A DNA stretch of 45,552 nt, filler included, from Jimgerdemannia flammicorona (taxonomy: Eukaryota), in the NCBI GenBank assembly GCA_003990765.1. It is 2 parts of 2 records of this genome, joined end to end, with 100 filler letters (N's around TTAATTAATTAA, not from the genome) between each part and the next. Parts side by side here need not be neighbours in the genome. Positions count along the whole stretch, not along the records: positions 22,827 to 45,552 come from RBNJ01001213.1; 1 more part is not named here. One strand, given 5' to 3'. The notes under the pieces are model-generated. The model did no database searches and was not told the origin of the DNA. It saw only the letters and a program-made list of their open reading frames with translations. Made by a program: the position numbers and the translations under genes. Below are positions 35,230 through 45,552 of the stretch, one piece after another; the first letter of the stretch is position 1; every line of letters begins with the position of its first letter.

Positions 35230-38200
35230 CAGATGCTCTTGACTCTGCTGTACAATGTCCTGTACCTTTCTTAAGGCCCCTAGTTGAAGCTGCTTCCCCT
35301 GATACCACTATCCTTGAACTACCTCTCAGAGAAGCCACCTCCACTACTCTAATAGCTTACCAATTCTCATCCATAGATCCTGCTCAAACACCCATCACCA
35401 ATATACTGCCATCAGAATCCAGACCCCCAGAACCTGATCTAGGTCTTCCCAAATATTACCAATCTCTTCCATCAGCTAGCACTTGACCACCAGACTGATG
35501 GGATCTCCTGGCCTTCGACTCTCAGGGCCCCAGTAACCTTCCAAACTCTGCCAAAACCCTTCAACACTAGGGCAGACTACCAGAATATACTCAGATGTCT
35601 TAACTACTCCTCCATCTACCTCACTATACCACTTGCAGTCCTGATAGCCATCTATCTCCATCCATTCTATCTGATAACTCAGCATCACATTTCTTCTCAA
35701 GAAGCACCACCATACTACCCAGTACTTAGTGGGTATCACCTTGGGTGAAGAGGTTCTCCAGCTCCAGACATGGTCCCACTTCCAGCCTTAACTAAGTTCT
35801 GCCTTCTGCCAATCTACTGGTCATCTCTCTAGAGGGCCATAAATAATCCACTCCATTGACTCAACCAGTGAGTACTCCTTCAGACTATAGCCACCAATAT
35901 AGAGCTCTTCCGGTTGCTACCACCTCTGCTCAGAGTTCTCACCCACCTCTATCTCTGGTCCTGCCAACCTCATGACCAGTCAGGCCTCTAAAATACTCCA
36001 CCAGAACCCCTTATACTGCAGTTTACATACATTTCTAACCTGAAGCAGACCCTATATATCTATCCAAATCTCATCATAGGGATAGAACTGAACCTCCCAA
36101 TTGTCCATAGCTAGCCTACCCCTGCCCTCCTCACCTAGTTCAGCCAATTGGCACCCCACTAACTCTGAATACCTTTAGCCATCATCTAAAGTTCACCAAC
36201 CCCAGGCCCCCATTAGTTGTCTGCATCACCAATATATCTAACCCAATCTGTAGCCACTTCCCACTCCACAACCATTCTTCCACAATCTTCTTCAACCACT
36301 GCACTATGTACCCTGGAAAATCCAGGTGATACTCTAGATACTATGATTTGGATAACCAATATACATTCAAGACTACAATTCTTTCTATCAAGAAGAAGCT
36401 TCTCCCTGACCAACTAATTAAGGTGCCTTCCAACTTCTGAATTATACCATTTCACTACTCCTTTGGCAGGACTGTCCTATATACTGAGAACCAATAACCT
36501 AGATGCTGGACAGCACTTTCTATGATCACCAATTGTCCAAATTGTCTATGTGCCCCCAGGTCAGCACTAAGATCCATTATCTCACACTTGCCTTAATTCA
36601 GCTTATTCTCTGTTAGCCTCTTATACTGCCCAACCCCTTCCTACAGGAGGTCCACATCCTCCATACTATCCAATCCTACCACCATATCATCTGCAAAAAC
36701 ACCCAGCTTCTAGACTATATCACCTATCTACTGTCCAGAAAGCTGCCCCTTCAGCTAAACCAGCAATAGCTCTAGAGAGAGTATATAAAAAAGGGGGGAA
36801 AGAGAGTCTCTCTGTAGCACACCTTACCCAAAGGCAAACTCTGGGCCACTCTATCCATTCATCATAACTACTGCTCAGCATCCTCATACTAAGCCCATTA
36901 ATCTCTTTGCCTCTGCTGTACCAAATCCTACCCTCCTCAGAACAGCCTCCAAATAGCTCCACCACACTCTGTTATAGGTCTTCTCTTGATCCAGAAAGAC
37001 CATCCGGCCATCCACCTGCCAGCTCCTACAGCCTTCTAAGACATTTTGTACCAAAGGAGTACTATCTCTGATCTGCCTCCCCTTGACTAAGCCTTGCTGC
37101 TCTTCTCCCACCAGCACACCAATATACTGTTCATTCTCTCTGCCAGAATCTTAGAGACCAGCTTTCTATCCACATTCAGCAGCATAATGGATCACCAATT
37201 CTGCCATACTCACTGATTGCCTTTTTCCTTATATAGTAGAGAAACTAATCTCAAGGATCCATTTCCAATCCAGCTGCTCTCCTTCAGAACAATGTTGGCC
37301 ATCTCTACCAACTAGCCACCAAACTCTGCCTGGAACTCCTTCTAGAATTCTCATAGCAACTCATCCTCTCCAAGTGATAAACCAGTCTGTGTCTTTCTCA
37401 ATACCTCTAACACTTCATCCAAAGATACTTTACTTATTACTGCCTCTCCTATCTCAGACAATGCTGTCACTGGCCAATTGTTCACTATATTGTCATTATT
37501 CTCCCAAAGCACTACATTCTCAGCATGCTCTCCTCCATCTTGCCATAGAGCCTGCCATTGTCTTGAGACCTCTCCCAACATATCAGCAATTGCTGAGACC
37601 TCCACTCCATCTTCATACAACACTAAGGCCCAGCTGTGTCATACCCTTCTGGCCTTCAGAATGCCAGACAGATACTTAGTCAGTCTCTCTCCTTCCTCCA
37701 ATCACCTAGCTTATAGCCTGACCAGCAGGCCATCTACTGCTCTATCTCCTGCTGCCCTCAAATCTGCCTGCAACTCTACCATCTCCACTACTATTCAGTG
37801 GTATGTCTCTTCAGACAAGTTCCCCCCTTCTATTAACTTCAATCATCATTGCAGCCCCTTCTCTACCCTTCTTTCTTTGTCCTTCTGCTCCTTCTCAACC
37901 ACCTCTCCAATATTATGCCATTAAGCACCTGCCAAATGTTTGAATTTACTCCACCATTCTGCTATCAACTGGCCATCATTCTGCCATCATACTACTTCCT
38001 GTATGATAATGGCCACAAACTGTTCCCTCTCCTTCTTCCTCCTGAGTAAAGTGACATTGAGGCACCAGTACCCTCCACTACTATCTGCTGCTTGAAATCT
38101 ACCACACATCTCTACTCCACAATAATCTGACCAAGGGCACCAATACACCACTACAATATTCAGCATATTACCCCAATACTCAGCTACTAGTATCCAATCA

Positions 38201-38789
38201 ATTTATGTCCCAACCAATTCTTCACCAACTAGGTGCCACCAAGTGAAAGGCTGTGACTTATCCCCCTAATGCTGATAGATACCATTCACCAGTCCTATAT
38301 CATGCTCCACCTGAAGCCATTGAGATAGTCCAGAGGATACTGCTACTCCTGCCCCACCATCTGACCTATTCAGTGTCCAATCATGCACCATATTAAAGTC
38401 CCCCCCCAGAATGTCCAGTATAACCACCTCCTGACCTTCTCAAATCTACCAGCCCTCCACCCATTGCTTTTGCTCTCTGCCAACTATAGAGAGATAAACT
38501 AAGCCTACTGCCAAACCATTGTCTGCCCCTTCTTTTAGTCTTCTCTATACCAATCTATCACCATATACCTCAATCTCTACTAGCTCACCTTTGCCTACAC
38601 CAACCAAGATGCCCACTTACTTGTTCCAACCTGCTCTACCATATCATTCTTTTCCCCATAAGCTCAAACATCCTGAAGAAAAATAATATCATATCTTCGG
38701 ACTTTGAGCTATTACAATAGTTGCTACCTCTTTACACCATAATACAATCTATTGATATTGATCAATAAGATATGTAAACTATTCATCAT
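35230..38789 (-). pseudogene. LINE ORF2: APE endonuclease - RT - C-terminal zinc finger
   Basis: LHILLININ...DIIFLQD, ILGGDFN, FTW, MLLNVDRKLVSKILA, FLDQEKTYNRV, FADDM, CKW...KTSEYILVVCP. Confidence 0.92.
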
Positions 38790-38804
38790 TATTAAAGAAA
38801 TTGT

Positions 38805-40682
38805 TTAAAGCTCAGCTGAGACTGCTAATACTTTCTCTACCCTTCCTCTAATGATCTCTTGCTGGTCCTCACAAATTGCCCTCCAGATATGATCACTATT
38901 TCCACTGCTACAGAAAAGATCCACTCTTTCTGCTGCCACCTTCCTGATGTCTGCCATCCTGCTTTCATCAACATTATATCTTTCATCATCCAAAAGAGCT
39001 ACTATCATCACTATCACTAGCTTTGACCACTATATTGCAATATTGAGAAACTCTTCCCATGCCTCCTGAGATCCATGAAATATATCCACTTCTTTGATTT
39101 CCTCCTCTACAAGTTCCTCATGTACTACCTGATACCAGTTCTCTGCTATCATTGCTAGGGGCTCAGAGGTTGATGGTCTAGGAGTCCTGCTTAACTTTTG
39201 CAGCTACTCCCTATCTGTTGACACATCCAAGGCCACATTCACCAGCTCATCCTCCTCTATAACCTTCTCCAAATGTACTATCTCACCAGCTTCAGGGCAC
39301 TCCCAATGAATATTTGCCACCCCAGCCATATGGTGTCCTTCATCTAAGTCTCTAGTATTACTTTGATGTTATGCTCAAAGCTCCCTTCTCTCACCTCCTC
39401 CTTCTCTGCCCACTTTCCCCTCATCAGTGCATGTGCTGAGCTCTCCACACCACTCAGCTGGAAGAAGGATACCTCTGCTGCTTCTACTCCTTCTATCTAA
39501 TTCTTGGCCACCTCTACTATCACCTTCTCTTCTACCACTACCCCCTGTAGGGCTGCCTGCAGATGCTCCCAATTCTCTTTCCTCTACCTCTTCTGCTTGT
39601 CATCTGCTTGAATCCAGACCCAATCCTTGGCAAACTCTTCCCACTTCCTCTTTCATAGCTCCTTAGCAGCCTCTCTCTCCTCTAGAGCAATTGCCAGCTT
39701 TTCTTCCTCCTGTTCTACTCCTTTCCTCCTCCACACCTTATACTCTTATTCTCCAATTCAAATCCCCTCAGGCCAATCTTGTCCTAGCCCAGTTGTCTCC
39801 TTGTCTTTCAGTTGCAGCATCACCTCACAGTTGCCATTCCTCAATTTGGTTTCCACTCAAAATATGAAGTAAAATCCACCATTTTACCATAGCTATTTGG
39901 TGCCTCCACTACCATCTCCTTGGTCTTCTGTCTGCTCAGAGTTGGCAGGCCTTCCATTACCAGCCAAACAATATGTGGGTCCTACCTCAAACACCTTTCT
40001 ATCTCAATTCGGATACCCTTGATAGTCAGCCCTTTCTCCAGTGCCTTCATCAATGCATCCTCCTCCATAAATTCAATCTCCACTGCCTCCATCAATGGGA
40101 TAAACTTCAAGGACTCTGCTCCAACCACTTTCTCCCCCACCAGTCTCAGAACCTCTCTAGCTGACATTGCCAATCTCAAGAAGTTTGCTGAAACTGCCCA
40201 TATTGATACCAACTTATAAAAGAAGGGTCTCACTACTAGCTTGTCTGTCCCAGTCACCAGAGTCACCTTCCTCTTAGTCCTGGAAGTGCCAGCAGTCACC
40301 TCACCAGTTAATACTGTACCATCTACAATCTTCTCTCCAGAAACTGGCCCAGCCCCAGAAGAACTAGTCTCTGACATCACACCACTAGACCCCTGCACTC
40401 TACTGGGCACCTGATCAGCCACCTGACCCATTATCTGACCTGTTATCTGACCCCTCCTCCTGTCAACACTACACCCCCCCTGCCCTACCCACAAGGGCCT
40501 GGCTGCAGCCCTCCTGCTTCTCACAATAGTATGTCAGCCCTCAACTCCACCAGACCTCTCCTGACCACCAGCCCCTCCAGCAGCTATGCCAGTCTCTGTA
40601 GCAGCTGCAAAACTCTTAGAAAGGTCCAGACCAGGTCTCCTCCTCTCCAGATGCTTAGAGCTAGAGGAACCTTGACTAGCAT
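38805..40682 (-). pseudogene. LINE ORF1 (Gly-rich N-terminus, charged region)
   Basis: ORF fragments 39982-40524 and 38805-39017 lie directly upstream of ORF2. Confidence 0.7.
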
Positions 40683-40784
40683 ATCATCAAAACTTAATGA
40701 TTTATACCAAAATTTGTTGTATGTCATAGAATGACTCCCACTGCACAATGTACACTAGTGTGATTAAAATAAAAACTTGAAAAC

Positions 40785-42150
40785 GTATTGTCTTTTGCTG
40801 AAAGATATCTTTGTGGCTTAGCTTGTTCAAAGTGGTTTCAGATAGACTCGATAACCTTAGCTCATTTGTGGTGGGTATTCTCTGTTATCTTGATAACTCT
40901 GATTTTTATATGTGGTGAGTTTTTCAATCTATTGAATCAATTAGTCCAACTTGGAGCTGAGGTCTTGATTTTGCTCTTGTCCTTCTTTCTTTCTTTGGCT
41001 GGTCTTCTTTTTTCAGATCTTTCTTGTTCTTGAAAGAGTTCTTGTAGGGCTTTAACCAAGATATCTTCTTTATTATTCTTTTTGTCATAGTCACTCCAGG
41101 TAGTTCCTTGTCTGATATTAAAGAATTCTTGGGCTAAATTTACTTGCTCTTCATATCTTCTGATATCTAGAGTATAGACATACTATGCAATGTTCAGAGG
41201 GATTCTATTCATGAAGATCATTGGACCTATGATGACTTGGTTAGTGGTACTGAACCCAGCTGTATACATTCTCTTTGAATTCTTATGAAGAAGGCTCTGG
41301 GCAATTCTTCAATATTTATCTTCATTCCTATAATAGATTCTTAAGCTTTGTAGTGGGTTTCATTTCCTATATATTTTTTGATAAGCCAGTGGACCATGGC
41401 AATGTATTCCAGCTCATAGGATGCTACTGCTTATATTTGTGCTACTAGTTCTAAGTGTGGGTCATTTGCTATTCAGTAGAAAATTCCTCTAGCTGATTCT
41501 CTGAGCTGGGCCTTATAGATGGCAATTTTTCTTCCATCTGAGAGATTCCTCAGAGCTGCAATTCCCTCAATTCTATTAAGGAATTCTTGGGATCTTCCTC
41601 TGAATATCCTGCAAAGATTGGCAATGAGATGGCCATTTCATCATCACTTTCTTCTGGTTCTGGTTCTGGTCTGAATTCTGATTCGAATTCTGTCTATAAT
41701 TCACTTTCTGAACTGTTATTGGAGATAGGGGTACTTGGGTATCTTAAAGATAGTATTATAGACCTCAGATGAAGTAGAATGAGCCTAGGTATTCTTGAAG
41801 GAGCTAGTTTCAATTCTGCAAGAGCTAGTGGTAAAGATTCAATGGGTGAGATTGGTGGGACCTCTCTGGGGTATCCAGCTGATGAATGCTGGACTTATGT
41901 AATGAGATCTTCTAGTTATTTTGAAAGTTCTTCAAAGTTTCCAACAGGGCTACCTGTGTTGTCTGGTTGATTTGGTTGAGGATTTCAGACTATACTGGTT
42001 TCTGATTAGAATCCTTCTGATGCTAGATAGGTGATAAGTCTTGAGATGATTACTTCTCTTTCTGTCTAAATGCTGGTGATAACTGGTTCTCCTATAGTAG
42101 CAGAGATTGGATTATATATATCAAATGTATCCAGTTTGACTGTGGGTTCT
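40785..42150 (-). pseudogene. gag N-terminal part of Gypsy copy 3
   Basis: MAISLPIFAGYSEEDP.EFL (retrotransposon gag P.F.G...EDP motif) at about 41630. Confidence 0.75.
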
Positions 42151-42203
42151 TGTGAGCTGAAGAGTTATATTGATTTTGAAATCTTCTCAGTTAAGCCCTC
42201 AAA

Positions 42204-43595
42204 TATAATATGTCTGACTCAATTGAGGCAAATTACAAGGTTAAGAATTAATGTAGTTAGCTTGAGTCCACAGTTACTTTGTTAAAAGTAATAAAATGTT
42301 CATAATATTTAGTGGTATAATATTCAGAGCTGAATATCTGCAAGCAATTCTAGCAATTTCCTTATTGAGATAGGTTCTTGGATATAATAGTGATTTGTAT
42401 ATAGTACAGTGATCTCTTTATATATAATAGTCTGGTAATTTAGTAGTTTCTCTTATATGATTTCTGTGTGATGATCTTATATTGTATGATGATTTCCTTA
42501 TATATAATAATCTCTATATAGTATAACAATCTTCATATATGTGATGGTTTGGTAATTTGGCAGATAACTTGAGTAATATGAATTCCTCTGATCAGGCTCA
42601 TTAGGAACAAAAGAATAACTCAGATAATGTAGATAATTCAGATAACTCAGATAGCTCAGATATCATAGATTCTTTCTGAATTAGCTCTTCTAGAAATATA
42701 GAATAACTTGAAAATGATTTATAATGTGGATTCTTTTAAATTGGTAGAGTTTTAAGAAATAACTCAGATTCTTAGCAAAGTTATATCAAAGACTGGATTT
42801 ATTAGTATAGAGTTATATCATTAGACTGGCTCCACTATGAAGATACATCAGAGACTTACTTGTCACAAGACTCAGACTCTCTGAAAATGCAGATTATTCT
42901 TAAGAATGGCAGTGAAGTCCTTTACTTGAAGTTGGTAGTAAACTTGGATTCTTCAGGCTTAGTCTGACAAGCATACTAAAATGCAGTGGCTTATTTCTTA
43001 AGCAGCAGATTTCTCTTCAAAAGGCAGTGATGTTCTTTACTCAAATATAGGTAGTAAATCTTCAGACTTATCTAGCAAGTATACTAAAATACAGTGGCCT
43101 ATTCCTTAATTGGTGGGTTTCTCTTCAAAAGTTGGTGAAGTTCTTTACTTAAACTTAGGTGACAAATCTTCAAGCTTATCTGGCAAGTGAACTAATTAAT
43201 CTTTATATTGAAAAGTAGACTGGAGTGGAGAAAAAGGAGACCAATGCTCAATCTTTAGAAACTTCTTTAGTTTACTTCAACTTTTTGAACTGAGATTTAT
43301 TCACTTTTGTCTCTGGAGTATTTTATATAGTTGTAATTACTATTTGGTTACTATATTGTTAACTATAGATTACTATCTATTATAAGTATTTCTGGATGGT
43401 ACATATACTCACTAGATATGTATAGTATATCTACTCAGTATAGTATACTCACTCAGTATAGGTAAATATACTGTTTCTAGTATCTCTGGCTAATTATACA
43501 GGTCAGCATAGTAAAGTAGTCTTGGTTGCTCAGTATACTAGATAGAGTATATGGCTAATTTATAATTTCAACAGTACATTCTATTGCTTATCATA
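42204..43595 (-). repeat. 5' LTR (1392 bp)
   Basis: Direct repeat of 27790-29330 with termini decayed to TATAAT...ATCATA. Confidence 0.92.
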
Positions 43596-43599
43596 CTAT

Positions 43600-45200
43600 A
43601 TATAGTTATATTATATTTGTTGCCTATAATTGCTAGTTAGAAATTCTAGTAGTATATATATAGATATTTAATAATTTATTACACAAGTACTCTCCAATAT
43701 ATATCTATATTTAAAATATAACTAATTTATAATAAAAGAATACTACTACTATAGTTAGACTATATGTATATAAGCTATAAATGAAATATTTAATTAGTTA
43801 TTTAAACTTAATTCTTTAAATAATATATTGATAATTAATCTGATCATCTATCAGAGTAATATGTTTTATTATTAAAAAAAGAAAAAATATCTTTAAAATA
43901 AAGTAATCAGAATATAGAAGAAGTTAACAGTATAGATAGATATAGAGGATATCCATAAATATTAAATTAATAGCTAAAGAATAATTAGAAATAGACTACT
44001 TTTTATTATAAAATAATATAATAAGTAAATATTATAGTATAATTAAATAATAAAAGAATTCTTAGTATAGTTATTTTATATAATTATTTATATAAATAGT
44101 AAGATATATCAAATTATGATATTCTATCTACTGAGAGAATATATATCTTCTGAGATAATATCTATTCTTTAAAAAAAATAATTTTTTCAATAAAAAAGAG
44201 ATTATATTATTTATAAATAATCTTACTATATATATTTTAAAATATACTATATTTTTGTTTACTTACTATATTAAGTCTGATAATTATTACTTAGTTCTAA
44301 AGATAGATTTCTACTTTTTTATAATTATTCTTAGATCTATCTTAGATAAACTATTAAATATTTTATTATTTTTTAATAAAGAAACTAGAGACTTAAGAAA
44401 ATTTTAACTATTCAACTTTATAATTTAGCTCTATTGAGCTAGTATATTATATCTATATATATATACTAATTATATATTTTTATTTAAGTTTTTAATTTTT
44501 AGATAAGAAAAAATATTAATTATATGACTAACTATAAGGTAGAGGTGGAAAATATAGCTTTTCTTATCTATAAATAGCTTTTAGTATTGATAAGTACTAA
44601 GTATTTAAGGGTGAGATATTTTAACTATATATTTTAAATATATATATTAGTTAATAAGATCTTTTATAAGATATATATTTAATTTCTATAAAGTAGTAGA
44701 ATATTTAACTTTAAATATTTCCAAAAATTAAAATTTAGTAGTAGAGTAAATAATAATTTACTAAATATTAAATGATCTAGTTATAAATAATAAAGAATAT
44801 ATAGATTAAATATATTATAAATTTTCATATTTATTTATTATAGGTTTTTAATTTAGTATATAGTAAGTTTAGTTTATAATATTATATAGTTCTAACTATT
44901 GTAAATTTCTCAAATTTAATTACTCTTATAATAAAAATTTTATTAAAGGGATATTAATAATCTGATTAATAATACTATTTAAAATTTTTATTAAATATAT
45001 AATCTATTTAGAAGATCTATATAATTTTTAATATTAAAAATTATATTTAATATTTAGAAAAATTCCATAAACTATGAAAAAGATATTATATTTATTTTTT
45101 AATAAAAAAGATACACAAAATAAATGGCTTATTTATATTACTCTTATTTCTATTATGTTTTTTATAATTTTCTTAATTATAATAAATTATGTGGCTTAGT
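43600..45200. other. Extremely AT-rich, terminally decayed repeat relic
   Basis: Very few C/G, strong TpA excess, no recognisable motifs. Confidence 0.7.
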
Positions 45201-45473
45201 GAAATTTTTTTTCGTATTTGTCATAGTCGTCGTTGTCACAAATGATTCTCTCTTACCCTCGATATACTGGCTTCCCTTTAAGAACAAGCTCAAATGTGAG
45301 AACCTATAGATGTACTCCTCTAACAATTTCTTATCTACGTTACTTACGCGAATATTTCAACATTAACTTGTAACACTTGCTCTGTTCAGAAAATTTTCCG
45401 AACACCTCTCCCTTTTATCAATAAGCCGTTTATTAGCCAAGCGCGACCTTTCGCTAGGAAGAAGCAATACAGC

Positions 45474-45552
45474 CTGGCCAACATCGAACTGAACTGCCTA
45501 ATTCTCGGCGACACCCCTGCCGCCAAGCATGTTTTTCCTGTCGAAATTGCGA
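45474..45552 (+). CDS. Crinkler (CRN)-like N-terminal ubiquitin-like domain, running off the window; start codon uncertain
   Basis: ANIELNCLILGDTPAAKHVFPVEIA fits the fungal CRN N-terminal pattern (I/L)xLxCLVxG....FxVxI; normal CpG content. Confidence 0.6.
   Translation, partial: MANIELNCLILGDTPAAKHVFPVEIA

Larger units (their letters stand above)
35083..40784 (-). mobile_element. Full-length L1/Tx1-like LINE inserted in Gypsy gag
   Basis: 10-nt poly(A) tail (T-run 35083-35092), ORF1 and ORF2, and gag rejoins across the insertion (caaaagacaata|caaaggagcc). Confidence 0.9.
27790..43595 (-). mobile_element. Full-length Ty3/Gypsy LTR retrotransposon (copy 3, different family) with nested LINE
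   Basis: Two LTRs, 4-bp TSD CTAT (27786-27789 / 43596-43599), PPT agtggggg next to the 3' LTR, order gag-PR-RT-RH-IN. Confidence 0.93.

Noticed and set aside
38660..38805. AT-rich patch inside the LINE suspected to be an insertion
   Set aside because: Translates as the APE N-terminus (LHILLININ...DIIFLQD), so it is part of ORF2
45124..45309. 61-aa hydrophobic ORF
   Set aside because: Straddles the AT-rich/unique boundary with no recognisable features

Overview
Eukaryotic, almost certainly fungal, repeat-dense region of nested, decayed transposable elements. A Crinkler-like start at the right edge hints at a Mucoromycota-type lineage (inference). No intact protein-coding gene is present, and CpG is nearly absent until about 45,220. 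From left to right: (1) a Penelope-like retroelement (PLE) with no visible GIY-YIG endonuclease, whose inverted 5' duplication forms a ~4.6 kb palindrome; (2) a truncated Ty3/Gypsy element with dUTPase and a ~1.66 kb LTR; (3) a complete 6.5 kb hAT transposon (TIRs, 8-bp TSD) carrying a convergent intron-containing cargo pseudogene with an HxD...H, 2OG-Fe(II) dioxygenase (TET/JBP-like) signature; (4) a fold-back MITE; (5) a younger Gypsy-dUTPase copy interrupted by a LINE 5' end; (6) an artificial 100-bp scaffold linker; (7) a second, divergent homolog of the dioxygenase-like gene just inside another hAT-type end; (8) LINE relics and a second MITE; (9) a full-length 15.8 kb Gypsy with both LTRs and a nested full-length L1/Tx1-like LINE; (10) an AT-rich zone and the start of a Crinkler-like gene in CpG-normal DNA. 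The best candidate for a new system is hAT DNA transposons carrying a putative DNA-base-modifying dioxygenase in a genome with heavy C-to-T repeat mutagenesis. All motifs were read by manual translation, and internal coordinates are approximate.
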